Program-made: the position numbers and the translations under genes | Part shown: positions 22,211-34,734 of the stretch, one piece after another | How positions within the stretch are numbered: position 1 is the first letter of the stretch | Layout of the letters: every line of letters begins with the position of its first letter | NCBI GenBank assembly: GCA_013239625.1 | Contig: MU053379.1 | Coordinates: 2,276,866 to 2,340,865, forward strand | Reading direction: 5' to 3' | Length of the DNA: 64,000 nt | Origin: Lama guanicoe | Taxonomy: Eukaryota | Notes under the pieces: generated by a model | Databases searched by the model: none | What the model saw: only the letters and a program-made list of their open reading frames with translations | Told to the model about the DNA's origin: nothing

Positions 22211-23974
22211 CTTGCCCCTCTCTTTCCCTGGGAGGGTTGGAGGGGAAATGGCTGCTGAGTTACCACGGGTGCAGGTGCATTCCTGGAACTGGTCACTGCT
22301 GAGGACGGGAGACGGTTTCCAATACAGCAAACCGAGTTGCTTGAGAAAATTATTTTAAAAAATCTTGTATAGTTCTTATTTAATCTTACGTACTTTCACA
22401 AAAGTCAAAGACTCCAATTTAGTGAGTTGGTACAGTGATAAGGTTTAGCTTGTGGAAGGTCAGCAAAATTCTAGCCTAGTCCTTTCAAAGAAAACATAGC
22501 AGAGTAAAAGGTGATCCAGCCGGAGAGGAGGTGCGCCCTCCCCTGGGAGTCACTGCACAGAAGTCGGAAAAGCTTCATGAAGTCACTAGCTTCTGAGGGA
22601 AAAATCGAGATCACTGCTTAAGGAAAGTCAACCAGCGAGTCTAAAGTAATCTGAAATAATCTAAAATTTCTCCATTACACAGAAATCTTTGGAAAGGGAC
22701 TAGAAAATATACAGCAAACTTGAACCCTTATTTTTCTAGGTGATATAATTTCCATTACCAAAGGGTAAAGTATTCTGTAGAATGAATGTTCCTAGAACAG
22801 TTACCAGGAGGTGTCTTACTGGCAAGTGTTACTATTCTCACATGAAGTCAGCGTTTGGGAGGAATTCTCAGTCCGACCAGAGGGTCTTTATTTTGCTTTT
22901 ATTGTCCCCAGTGCAGACAACAAAATAGCTAAGGGGTGAAGAGTCTTCTCAACTTACCAGAAATGTTCATGTTTTGGAAATACCCGTAATTACTGTCCAG
23001 ATTCCTTCCAGATTCCTTGCCTCCCCCACCAGTTTTCTGTGGTTGGGGAGGTGCGGTCAGGATGCCGCTAGGGACACGGCCAAGGACAGGGTCAACTTGA
23101 CAGTATGAGCTGAGAGAGAGGGACTTCCGAGGGTCTTCGGAGGTGGCCCCACGGGGGAGGGGACATTGGATGTCCAGCCACTGTCCTTGGCTCCTTCTTT
23201 TAGGTCTCCCTGTCAGCAGAGGTCTTCCACCTCAATTTCCCCAATTCCCTTTTCAACAGCAAACATCTGGATTTGTAAAGGTGACATGAGGAGGACCCTC
23301 AAGTATATGGGAGGCTGTGTGTTAATCAGACACAGATCGAGGTCTCAAAATGCTGTTTTCCATGAAGACATAAACAAGAGCAGAATTCACCCTGGTCTCC
23401 GGAGAGAACCGTGTGGCTCAGACAAAATCGAGGTGGTGACAACCCATGCTGTGAAAGTGTATTTTAGCTAAGAGGTATTAACTAAGTGCAGGGCAGCTTC
23501 AGAGGCGTGAGGGACATGTGGTGCGTGGGAACTAGAGCAGACATGGCGGAGGGGTGGGCAGGAGCCACCTAGGGGGTTAAAAGTGGGGACAGTGGTGATA
23601 AATCGGGGCTTTACCACTGGTATCGTGGTGCTGAGTGGGCGACTGCTCCTCGTCCTGGTGTAGAATGGAAATCTAATGCCACCCGCTTCATGAGGCTGCT
23701 GGCATGGCTCACGGGAGTCACAGGCAAGGTACTGGTACCGTCTCTGCGTGTCATCGGTCCCTCACACCTGCCGGCAGTTACCTGCTCTGTTGTGAGATGG
23801 ATCTTAAAGAAAAGACTGGATTGTAGCAACAAGGGTAAGGAGTTTTAGGCTGAGCATCCTGTGTGTGCGCATGTGTGCGTGTGTTCAGAATGCAGCAAGT
23901 GCACCCGCCAAGGAGGAGGGGACATCCGGGTGCTGTTAGTGACCAGTAAGGCTTTGTGGGCTGTTCCACAGAGG

Positions 23975-24280
23975 AATGCTGTCCCGTAGAAATATAATGT
24001 GAGCCACACGTCATTTAAAATTTTCTAGTAGTTAACGTTAAAAAATGTTAAATCGGTGAAATTAATTTAAGTAATATGTTTTATTTAATTCAGTTTATCA
24101 GACTATTTCAACATGTGATCAGTGTGAAAAATTGTAAATGAGGTAATTGGCCTGTTTTTGTGCACTGAGTCTTCAAAGCCTGGTGTGTGTTTTCCGCGCA
24201 TCTCAGCTCGGGCTTGCCGCATTTCAGGGGTGGGTCGCCGCGTAGGGCTGCTGGCTGCTGTGCTGGACACCCAGCCCTCG
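23975..24280 (-). mobile_element. MER33-like hAT-Charlie MITE
   Basis: GCTGTCCCGTAGAAATATAATGTGAGCCAC...TTTCAACATGTGATCA...GCTGGACA termini. Confidence 0.8.
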
Positions 24281-24734
24281 AGGGTCTTACCTGATGACAG
24301 TAGCATTGTCTGCTTTGTAGCTCCCTCCCTCCATCCTCTCCCCTAGAGAGGTAGATGGCCGTGCCTCTCCCCAACACAATTAGTTTAAAGAAAAGAAAAG
24401 GGAAAAAGGACAGGAAAAGAAAGGGAGAAAAAGATACTCCGGGTCACTGTCTTTCACAGCGGCTAATCCTGAGATACTCACTGAACAAAGGTCTGTGGGC
24501 AAAACACGTGGGGGCTACACACGGAACACCCTTTAGCCTTTCTAGGTCGTATTCACCTAGAAGCTCAGGAAATCTTGCAACAAAGAAGCCTGTTTTACTC
24601 TGTGTAACTCTGCTTTCCCCCATTTGCTAGGATTCTGGAACGATGTTTTCTTTTCACACTTAACTAATATTGGTAACATCCTGTTTGGCCTGCTTTTTTT
24701 TTTTTTTAGGTTTCAAGCAGTATATTGTTCTTGA

Positions 24735-25230
24735 AAAAATTATCATCGAAGTATAGTTGATTTACAATGTTGTGTTTCAAGTGTATAGCAACGTGATTCA
24801 CTTATATATATGTATTTATTTATGTACATATGTATCTTTTTCAGATTCTTTTCCATTAGAGGTTATTACAAGATAGTAAATACAGTTTCCTGTGCTGTAC
24901 AGTAGGTCCTTGTTGTTTATCTGTTTTATACATAGTAGTGTGTGTCTCATCATCCCAAACTCCTAATTTATCCCTCCCCCACCCCCTTTTCCCCCTGGTA
25001 ACCATACGTTTGTCTTCTATGTCTGTGAGTCTCTTTCTGTTTTGTAAATAAGTTCATTTGTGTTATTTTTTTTAAGATTCCATGTATAAGTGATACCATA
25101 TGGTATTTGTCTGATTTACTTCACTTAGTATGATAATCTCCAGGTCCATCCATGTTGCTGCAAAGCCATTTTTTCATTCGTGCTTATGGCTAGTATTCCG
25201 TATATGTATACACACACACACCGCATCTTC
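24735..25230 (-). mobile_element. L1 3' UTR, artiodactyl-type
   Basis: GAAGTATAGTTGATTTACAATGTTG...TTCAGATTCTTTTCCATT...CCATCCATGTTGCTGCAAA. Close to the copy at 62725. Confidence 0.88.
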
Positions 25231-26689
25231 TACCACAGAGCAAAAGGGAGGCCCCGCACAACATCCAGCCTGCCTTCACCTTGAGGGTTTTAGTTTAGAA
25301 TCTTTACAGGTGCCATCATCCCCCACAGTGCACTGCGTCTAACAGACGCTTCATCAGCACTTGTTCAATCAATGAACAGTTGTGATCAAGACCCCCATTC
25401 ATGAATTCAGCTTCCCTCCATAAATTAAACAAAAACTTAAGATAATTAACAGTTGTCAAGGTTAGAAACATTCCGTATTGCCCAGAGAAATTCCAGTTTG
25501 CTGGGAAACCAATGTAATTTTGAAATGAACGTGCATTGTCTGAGGAACACGGCCACAGCGAAAACGCGGGACCCAGCTGAGAACAGACGCCCTTCTCTGG
25601 GGAGGAGCCCCTCATGTCCCCGCGCCGCGAGACCGACACAGCGAGGTTGGGGCGCTTCCCAGGCTGTTCCCGCTGTTCACCCTGGCTCCAGGGGGAGTCT
25701 CGGAAAGTCTCTTTTTAATATACAGTCATGTTTGTCTCGCACAGGGACGCGGTCTTTACATTGCCGGCGTTACCGCTCTGTGTGTGTGAGGTTTCATACC
25801 GTACGTGACACAGGCCCCCTGTGAGCTCGGTTTAATGTCTGTTCTGTAGGTTGGTTAAGGTTCGGCTAGTTATTGTGTTTTTCAAAGTCAGAACCCCTTG
25901 GAAACTGACTAATAGAATAGCTTTCTGTTTGGTGGATTTTTTTCTCTCTGGTTCTCAAAACACTCTCTTAAACTCTTAGGGACACTACTGCATCAATGTT
26001 TGTGGAGACTGGATGCTGGCAGCAGCCTCTGATTCTCTCTGCTTTGTCCAGGTGTTAAGAAAACTGTAGCCTGGAGTTGGAAGCACGGTCGCCATTGAGG
26101 TGGTAGTGCTGGTGCAAACCCCTTTTCTGTAAGGCCAGGCAGGTTGACCAGCCCCCCAGTGTATTATTTTGTTAAACGTAAGTTGGAAATGCACGCCGGG
26201 ATGCTACACCTCAGCCAGCAAGTGTGAGCGCAGGCGCCTGCGTCACGCTCCGTACTGTGCGGTGCACCGTGGTGCGCGGCAGAGGAAGAGTTAGAGCCAG
26301 CACCCCCGAGCAGCCCACGCTGAAACAGCGTAACTAAGCTCTAAGTTTGGGGGTCCGCAGTGCAGTAACTTCAGGATGTTTCAAAGAGACGGAACGCTGC
26401 GTGATGATACAGATGTGAAATATAAACGGGTTATTGGGCGAAGCGCACTACACACAGGCCTGTGTGCGCCAGAGGGGTGTCTGCGTGAGTCTGGCCTCTC
26501 CTGTTTTGTAGAGTGAAGGACCTGGGTGGAGTACAGTAAGGAGTCTCAGAATGGGCGTCTGTAGGTGTGGACTTGGTCTCGGGGTCCACGGTCCTCTTCG
26601 GGAATTTTTGAAATGTATTTGTACTTTAAGTGTAATAGTTAATAATTCACCCAACCATTTTCTGAGCCACCTAAGGCGATGTTCAGGTC

Positions 26690-26915
26690 GCTGGGTCCTG
26701 ACCCAGTGGGCTGGAGGATTGCGGTTCGTTCATGGGTGAAGTCGGTCCCGTCTAGCGTGGTTTTAAATAAAAGCAAATGGAACGGAAAAGATCGGGATGT
26801 AAAAGTTCAGTGTTGTTTATAAAATGTTTCTGTTTTTCATGCGTGTGTGGGTCTGAGTCATGACGTGAGCTGTATTTATTACTGTGGACAGAAATCCAAA
26901 CAGCCTGAAAGCCAT
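26690..26915 (+). mobile_element. hAT-Charlie fragment (MER119/Charlie7-like)
   Basis: TGTATTTATTACTGTGG...CCTGAAAGCCATT terminus resembles this family. Confidence 0.45.
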
Positions 26916-26929
26916 TAATCACTAGATGA

Positions 26930-27030
26930 CTGGTTCTCAGCCTTCACTGCGCATTGGAATCACCCACTGGGTTTGAAAAATAAGGCCGCATGGGTCCCCC
27001 CCAGAAATTCTTCTGTATTTGATTTGAGGT
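26930..27030. mobile_element. MER5-like hAT MITE fragment
   Basis: TGGTTCTCAGCCTTCACTGCGCATTGGAATCACC...CCCCCAGAAATTCT. Confidence 0.6.
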
Positions 27031-28957
27031 GCCAGCTGAGCGTGGGGCTTGCTGAAACTCCTCGGCTGTGCCGCCAGGGGTGAGACCCCACGTGGAGCTG
27101 AGCCTTGCAGCCCAGTCTTCACAGGTCATTTCAGTCCAGCCTCTGGGTTGTTTTTATTGAGTTTGCCTCGGGGCCAAGGCGTCCCACAGATGGAAATTGC
27201 TGGAGGGTACCAGGAGGGAGCAGAGCGGGCTGAGGACAGAAATAACGCTTTGCCCAAGTGAAGGCACGCGCGGTCTGGGGGGCGAGCGATGGACGTTCAC
27301 CGTGGGTCAGACGCAGACACGTGGGGGGGACTCAGAGAGCGAAGAGACGCTGGAATCCTTTGAATCGTGTGAACAGTCCCGCCTGCTCTTTCCTCAGAGT
27401 TGGCAGGAGAGGAGACACCAGGGTCTGCGGTTTCCCCAGGGGTGTGTGGGGGGTGCCCCACTCCTGGGGGCCTCTCTCTACAGCGGCTTGTCTTTAAGGG
27501 TCATTCTTGACAGATTCCCCTCCCTTACCCTCCCCCCCTCTGTGTTCATGTCCCAAGGGATGAGTTTCAGCAAAACAGCGTCGTCCCTGCGTTAAATCCG
27601 ACTTGCTACTTCTAACCGTATTGGTTTCCATTCTGTTCTTAGTTCATAATCGTGCTTGTGTTGACAGCGGCGTAAGAGCACGAGGACAAGGCGTCTAGAG
27701 CCAGGTGTCTTACTTATCCACACTTGTTTAATATTATCATGTAAACAGTATCATGGAGGAAGCACTTGAATTCTTGTCCCTTGAAAGGCCAGCCCTCCCC
27801 TGCTCACCGGCCCCCTGCGCTCTGTGACTGCGCCCTGTCCACCCGGGGCCGGTGAGTTAGCCCAAGCTCCCACCTGTCAGCAAGGGTCAGAAGACGTCGT
27901 GAAGCGGTGTAAGTGGGGCTTAAAGCTTCTTGGGACCCCTCCGCGGGAGCCCTGTCCCCGGGTGAAGTGGGAGTTCAGAAGAGAAGTGGGATTTAGGTTA
28001 TTACCCCCCGGAAAGGTGAGGATGGCAGCGACAGTGACTCGCGTTCGTGGATGGTGGCAGGTCACATTTCTCGAGCATCTGAACCTGCAGTGGGCTGTGC
28101 TTTCCGTGATGGTTTTCCTTGACCCTGAGAGCCACCCTCTGAGGCCGGTGCTGTTACAGACACCCCACTTTACACAGAAGGGGCCCAAGGAAGTGACAGT
28201 TACGTGACTTGTCTGAGAGATTCAGCCGGGATTCAAGACCAGATACGTCGCCTCCGGGCCTAAGAGCTGAATCTCCTCAAGGACACGGAGAGAGGCCCAT
28301 CCTGAGGGCGGGGCAGGGAGGCTGTTCCAGGCCAGACAATGAAGGAAGGGGTGTGTGAGAGGTGTCTGTGGGAGCTTGCCAGGGGACTTGCTGGCCAGGG
28401 GGCCAGGGTCCAGCCTGACAGGGCAGGGAGACTATGAAATATTCATGAAAGAGCTTAAAAAAAAAGTAAGATCATCTTCCTACAATGTAGGGACTCTGAG
28501 ACATCCTGAGAATGAAACAAGCAATATGCAGGGACATACAAACATTTATTTTGGAAAGAAACGTGTGTGTGACAGAGTGAGAGAGAGAGATTGGTTGATT
28601 GCAACTGAATGTTTGTGCAGAATTGATCTGGAAAGACATCATCCCAGGTTCTGACAGCGTCCATCCTCCTCTGCTGAGGACGCCGGCTGCAGGCGTTAGT
28701 GGTGATGGGCCAAGGAACCTGGAGCTTTGCTCTGAAATTTGCATTTTCCTGTTTGTCAGCAAGGTGACTGTGTTCATGTGGTTAGGAAATTCTGCAAAGA
28801 TTAAGATGTTGATACATTAAAAAAAAGAGAAAGAAATAGGGGGACTATCTGGGAATTCCATATTCAGGACGGGCCTGTTTCTGGACTGGAAGACGGCAGG
28901 ACTCTGCCCGTTGCTGGAGCTGACGTGCGTTGTGTAAGGGGTGCGGGAACAAGCTGT

Positions 28958-29100
28958 CGGGGGGGAGGTGTGGCTTGTGCTTAGCGCGCCCGAGGTCCTG
29001 GGTTCAGCCCCCGGTAACTCTGTTATAAATAAATAAACAAACAAACCCAATTACCCCCCAATAATAATAATTTTTAGACATTAAAATAACTAAAATAAAG
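28958..29100 (+). mobile_element. tRNA-derived SINE with internal deletion (camelid Vic-1-like)
   Basis: GTGCTTAGCGCGCCCGAGGTCCTGGGTTCAGCCCCCGG plus (TAAA)n...CCCAATTACCCCC tail. Confidence 0.8.
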
Positions 29101-29292
29101 GGAAGGAGCAGATTGTCACGTAATTGGCAGGGAAGACAGCATTGCTGCTGCTGGGTCCCATCTTCCAGGGGAAACTGTCGGCAGTTTTAGGAACCTGAGC
29201 ACTGGCACAGGGATGCACAGCGCCTTCCGGTAAAGCAAGTCCCCTCCTCCGCTGCCGGGCCCAGCGGTGGTGGTGAGAGATCAGACTGGGAA

Positions 29293-29499
29293 GGGAGGGC
29301 CCTCCGCATCCGCAGTTTCAATTTCGTGAAATTTCAGTCTGCAGGTGGTCGAGTCTGTAGATGCGAACCTGGAATACGGAGGGTGACCGCATTTATGCGC
29401 CTCATTCACCTGCGCCCTTTTACCCAAGGGACTTGGGTGAGGCAGGTGTTGGTGTCCGGGGTCCTGGAAGCAACCCCCTGTGGATACGGAGGGTGGCTG
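29293..29499. mobile_element. Tigger2/MER2-family MITE
   Basis: Terminal inverted repeats CCCTCCGCATCCGCAG and CTGTGGATACGGAGGG. Internal AAGGGACTTG and GGGTCCTGGAAGCAACCCCC. Confidence 0.7.
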
Positions 29500-29615
29500 T
29501 CCACCGGCGCTCCTCTTGGATCCAGGTTGGGCGGGGAGTGGGGGATGCCGTGTGGTTTCCATGGCGTTTTAAAATTGCTTAGGAAACCCTAAGTGGCCGA
29601 CTCTGTGTGTTGCAG

Positions 29616-29740
29616 ATGGAGGAGAGGCACCCGGACTTCTGAAAGCCCGCCGGAGGAGATAACCGTGCGAGTCCTTCAGGGTGCCGGAGAGGCGGGGGCA
29701 GCCCTGAGAGGCAGACACAGAGGTGCCGGCGGCGTGCAGG
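29616..29740 (+). other. RIN2: Internal exon, probably 5' UTR (non-coding); tentatively an upstream exon of RIN2
   Basis: Seen: acceptor CTCTGTGTGTTGCAG|, donor AGG|GTGAGT, 125 nt, purine-rich, unique sequence. The gene assignment rests only on my unverified recollection of a similar-sized non-coding exon in the human RIN2 5' UTR; no RIN2 coding sequence lies in the window. Confidence 0.45.
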
Positions 29741-32056
29741 GTGAGTGACAGCTGACGCCCGCGGCTGCGGCCCTGGCCCTTGCACTTCCAGGGTCCCCGG
29801 TGTGTGGGGCCACCACGCTCTCCAGCCTGGTGTGCTGCTGTGACTGTGACCTGGCCCCGACAGGGGGTTCCCGAGGATGCTTACCTGTTCCTAGGTGTCG
29901 AAGGGGTTCTGCTGTGACGCGGCGGCAGCAGGGCCGGGGCAAGGCCAGGACCGCCAGGGGCCCCCGCGCACGATCTGTAACCACTGTCCGTGATGGGACA
30001 CCAGCTGTGGGCCAGGCCCGGCTCGAAGCCCTTTCGTGGATTCCTTCCTTCCGGTCTCATCTTAGCGGTGGCCCCCGGGGAGCATGGGGACCCTGCTTGA
30101 CTCCTGAGAGAGGGCGGTCCCGATGGTGGGCCAAGTCCCAGCGTAAAGCCTTCTCCTCTTCCTCGCACGTTCCCCATGTGCCCTCTTCCTGTCCCGCCTT
30201 TCATCTGCTTTTTCCCATAGAATCGTAGATCTCTGAGTGACAGGGAATTCACATCAGGGGGACGTCAGCATAGGTCACTCCTGTGGACCGTAGTTTCCCT
30301 AAGCGGCCACTGGTGGTATCGCTGCCCTTCCAGAACGCGCCACGTCCCCTCACGCTGGGGAGTCAGCTTCCCCTCCTCTGCAGTCTGGGTGGGACCCGGG
30401 AACCACCTTCACAGAGAAGGCGGCAGAAATGATGCCGAGTGACTTCAGAGCAGAGACCAGCCACCCTGAGGTGGCCCCGGCGCACCTGCCTGTGAGACCA
30501 GCCGCCTCGCAGAGAGGCCGCCCAGGCCCCTCCCCCGGCCCCCCAACGCGTGAGGGGACTTGGGTGGCCCCAGCCCCAGCCTCGGAGCTGCCCGCTCCGG
30601 TGCCAAGTGGAGGGAGGGCGAGGCGGCGACAACAGTTCCCCCTGAGCCCATCCCCGCCGGACATTCAGGAGAAAGTGAACACTGTCACTGCGTGGCGCGC
30701 TATCATTGAACCCCCTGCAACACCGTTGAATGTGTCACTACGCTGACTTACAAGGGAGAGAAAGGAGGCTGAGTGACACGGAGTGACTCACCCCACGCCA
30801 CACGGTGGGCTGGGTTTGAACCCAGGGCTCCCCTGGGAGACCCGCCCCTGCCTCAGGGCCCCTTCCTCCTGGGAGCGGAGCGGGGCCTTTGCCCCTCCTC
30901 ACACATAGCTGTTATCGGAGAGGGCAGACCCATTTGGGGTCGGAGGACGAGAGAATACATCTTTGGAGAACTGGCTTTAGTTGGTTTATTGTGACTGTTT
31001 GCTTAATTTGGATCCTGGTTAAGCCCTGTTGGTCCTGCCTCAAACATCTAGTCTCCCCGGAGGCTGCCTGCCTCCCCCAGGCGCTGAGATCCCGTGGTGC
31101 TGCCCACGTCACACGACGTGCTTTTTCATACGTGTGAAACGATGACCCTGTTTCTGCGTCATCCGCGCTTCTCTCTCGTTTGGCTTCAGGCTCCATGAGG
31201 CCAGGGCTTGCTCTCACCCGCAGCAGACAGGGAATAAATGCAAGTTAAATAAATACCGGAGAGCATGAAGTGTGAATTTTCTTGAGAAGGAGGACGTTCG
31301 GATAAGGAAGCACAAAATTGCAGGTGTAAATCCTGAAGTCTTACCTCGGTGCTAAAGATTTGTCTTTCGAGGTCAGGATTTCTTCGCCACTTCAGTGTCT
31401 TTCCCGTTAGATAGAACATCTATGGGTTTGACCTTTGTAAGTAAAGAACTTCCACAAAACGCAACAGCGAAACAGTAACAGGAGCTGGCAGGGCTCTGAG
31501 ACGCTGCTTTGCCGTGGGTTGTTACTTACGTGCAAAATATTTTCAGATGCGCAGCACTGGGGAACCGACTTCGGTGTGAATGTTGAGATGGGACGTGTGA
31601 CTTCTGCACTCATCTCAGTCCGCCTTTGCTCGTGGGATTGGTGGCCTTCTGTCTTCCTCCTTGAATTTAGTTACAGGCCTGTGTGTCGTGGCAGCTGCTC
31701 GAGAACCCTGAACAGCTCTTACCCCTGTGTTGTCCAGAATGTCCAACGTTGATTCTATGCTTAGCCGGTGTAGGACTCCAGTCATAATGGAGGGGCAGCA
31801 GGACCAGAATGGGTGGCTTTTTTTTTAAAAGAAGGATTAATAAATGCATACGAAATGTTGGGCAAGTTTAAATCTTTAATTGTATTTTTTAGTGCCTAAT
31901 CTATCAGTTAGCTTTTGCTGCCTAACAAACTGCCTCAAAACTTAGTAGCTTAAAATGATAGCCATTAATTTAGTTCACAGTTCTGCAGGTGGGCGATTTG
32001 GGCAGGGCTTAGCTGGGTTAGCTGGGCTGACCGGCATGTCTTCCATCAGCTGCCAG

Positions 32057-32148
32057 TTTCTGACTTACATAGTATTACATTCTCCATGTCCATCCATGTT
32101 GCTGCAAATGACAGTATTTTATTCTTTTTTATGACTGAGTAGTATTCC

Positions 32149-32214
<66 letters not shown>

Positions 32215-32660
32215 TGTATTATATGCCACAATTTCTTTATCCAGTCATCTGTTGATGGGCATTTGGGTTGTTTCCATGTCTTGGCTATTGTATATAGTGT
32301 TGCTATGAACATTGGGGTGCATGTATCTTTTTCAGATTAGAATTTCCTCCCAATATATGCTCAGGAGTGAGATTGCTGGATCATAAGGTAAGTCTGTTTT
32401 TAGTTTTTTAAGGATCTCCATACTGTTTTCCGTAGTGGCTGCACCAATTTACATCCCCACCAGCAGTGTAGGAGGGTTCCCTTTCCTCCACACCCTCTCC
32501 AGCATTTATCGTTTGTGGACTTTTTAATGATGGCCGTTCTGACTGGTGTGAGTTGATCCCTCATTGAAGGTTTGATTTGCATTTCTTTGGTAATTAGTGA
32601 TGTTGAGCATTTTTTTCACGTGCCTGTCGGCCATCTGGATGTCGTCATTGGAGAAAATGC
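32057..32660 (-). mobile_element. L1 fragment (ORF2 C-terminus and start of 3' UTR)
   Basis: The minus-strand translation MFIATLYTIAKTWKQPKCPSTDDWIKKLW...MEYYSVIKKNKILSFAATWMDMENVIL matches the L1 ORF2 C-terminus. Confidence 0.93.
32151..32217. repeat. (TG)n microsatellite with (CG) interruption
   Basis: Directly visible, inside the L1. Confidence 0.97.
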
Positions 32661-33191
32661 ATGGCTTCTTGAGGCTTGGGCTTGGGAACGACAGTCCACT
32701 TCTGCCTTATTCTTGTGGCCAAAGCAAGTTACAGGCCATTCCGGACGAGACATGAGAAACAGACTCCAGCCCTGGGTGGGGGGAGCTGCCACACCAGCTT
32801 GCGAAGGGCAGGCACACAGGGAGGGGAGAAGCGTGGCCATCTCTGCAGCCCACACACCCAGTGATGTGGAGGACATTGTAGCACTACAGAGGACATGATG
32901 GAAAGGAAACCTTGGCCTGGTTTATAACTTACGAAAAAAATGGAACTGGACTGAGAGGCCCAGATAGATGCAGAAGAGCAGAGCCCTGGGCGTCCCCCTG
33001 ACTCCATTCTCCATCTGCTGAGTCTGTATGGGGGGGATGGAGGCAGGTCTGGGGGGAGATGGCAGAACACAGGCTGGACAGTCGGTAGCAAAGAGAGGTT
33101 TATTTTCCTTTGCTACAGTTTTTTCTCTCTCCGTCGGCTGGGGGTGGCGGGCGATCAGGGCACGGCAAGGAGATCAGAGGTAAAGAGTAAG

Positions 33192-33829
33192 TGTTGTTGG
33201 GTCCAGGTTCTCGTCCCGTCGCAGAAAGAGTCCAGAGACGAGACACAGAGGTTAAGAAAGTAAGGTGGGGATTTATTAAGGGGTGGACAGCACACTCTCA
33301 AGGGGAGAGCAGGCAGGCCCAGGCGAGCGGCTGCCCCGAGTTTCTTTGGCAGTTGAGTTACACAGGGTGTGAAAATGAACGGGCAGAATATTCATTGGGG
33401 AGGGGAGGGTCTAGGGTCTTATTCCCTGATTTTCATCCCAGCTCCACCTTCCTGAAGGTGAGATTTTTGTCTTCATTTAGTCTGGATCAGAAGTGTCATG
33501 GCATCGGTGCATGATGGGTACTTACAGTCTGCAAGGCTAATTTTATTGTAATGAGGGCATAATGAGCCAAAGGTTACGTTCGGACACTGGAGAGTCCTGC
33601 CTTTTCCCACCTCTCTTTATTGGCCTCCAGGCCACTTGTCATCCCAAAAATATGTGACTGCTTATCAGCCCAGAGGTTCCTGCTTTTCTCTCTCTGCCAG
33701 GGGACCCCTGTTTATGTGATGGAGGGTTTCCTGCATTTGGCCCCATGCCCTTCCTTTCTGCCCAGTACCTGCCATTTTGCCTGCGTCTGCCTTCCTCTGC
33801 TCATATCTGGCTATCTCCCTGCTCGAACA
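33192..33829 (-). mobile_element. Solo ERV1-type LTR (638 bp)
   Basis: TGTT...AACA inverted termini; near-perfect 4-bp TSD TAAG (33188-33191) / CAAG (33830-33833); minus-strand AATAAA at 33277-33272; degenerate TATA-like element at 33364-33358. Confidence 0.85.
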
Positions 33830-34715
33830 CAAGCTGCCCCTTTCCCGTCTGAGTCAGTGGAAGGAGCCCTGAATCTGATAAACCTGAAACAGCACCAGTT
33901 CTCTCTGCTTCATGCTACTTGGCTTCAAGCACACGGGGTTTGTCTGATGGGTGGTTTGGGGGAGGTGAGGGGGCATCGAGGGGGGGGGTGTCAGATGGTC
34001 TGTCTCCTGCATCCTTTTCCCATGGATTTGCAGGAAGACTTCAACTTCCGCCCCCTGCCCCCCAGTCATTGGTGCGTCTGTCACGGTGGCCCCGCAAGGG
34101 CAGGACCCTCCTCATCCTCGCTTTAGAGACGGGAAAGCCGAGTGCTGGGAGGTTCAGGAACTTGCCCTGGATCCCACAGGTGGGCGGGGGCCCAGGCGGG
34201 CTTTGAAGCCAGGCCATGTTTTGGATTCCAGGCGCGTGGCCCCTGAGCCCTGAGCCCGTGTGTCCTGTGGGTGGAGTCAGGGAAGCAGAGTTCAGTCTTT
34301 CCCCGTCCCCTGCACCGCGCGGGGGGAGGGGGGGTCTGAGGTCTGAGGGGTGTGTCGGGAAGGCCAGTGCGCAGTACGAGGCAGCTACCTGTGGGGAGCC
34401 CCGCCCTCCCTGGGTCATCCAGGTGGGTAATTTCATCCCACCTGGGGATCCACCCCCTCCCCTGGCGGAGTCCTGAGCCCCCAGGTCTCAGCGCCCAGCT
34501 CCACGGCACCCCGAGGGGTGCTCCCGTGGTCTCTGGAGCAAGTCTGGTCCTCGGGCCCCTGCCGAGTCATTTGAAATCCTCCTCCTCAGGGCAATGCCCC
34601 TGGGAGGGGCTCGCACGCCCCGTGTCTGTGTCCCCCGAGTCCATGTCCGGAACTCAGCAGAGTGGATGGAGAAGGCTTGCTGAAGGAGCCCGCTTGCTCT
34701 TCAGTTAAAGGCTAG

Positions 34716-34734
34716 TGCTGCCACCTTCTGGCCA
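34716..34734 (-). promoter_or_regulatory. Candidate CTCF site (reverse)
   Basis: The minus strand reads TGGCCAGAAGGTGGCAGCA, a close match to the CTCF consensus. Confidence 0.55.

Larger units (their letters stand above)
31901..32860 (-). mobile_element. MaLR LTR (MLT1G/H-like) in two pieces (31901-32056 and 32660-32860), split by an L1
   Basis: Left piece TCAGTTAGCTTTTGCTGCCTAACAAAC...AAAACTTAGTAGCTTAAAA; right piece CACTTCTGCCTTATTCTTGTGGCCAAAGCAAGT. Confidence 0.7.

Noticed and set aside
22740..22764. 25-nt microexon candidate (TTTTTCTAG|...GG|GTAAAG)
   Set aside because: The donor is weak, the length shifts frame, and there are no partner coding exons.
26229..26242. 14-bp perfect palindromes (26229-26242, 40724-40737, 42314-42327)
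   Set aside because: About four are expected by chance in 64 kb (64000/4^7), and none extends into a pre-miRNA-length hairpin.
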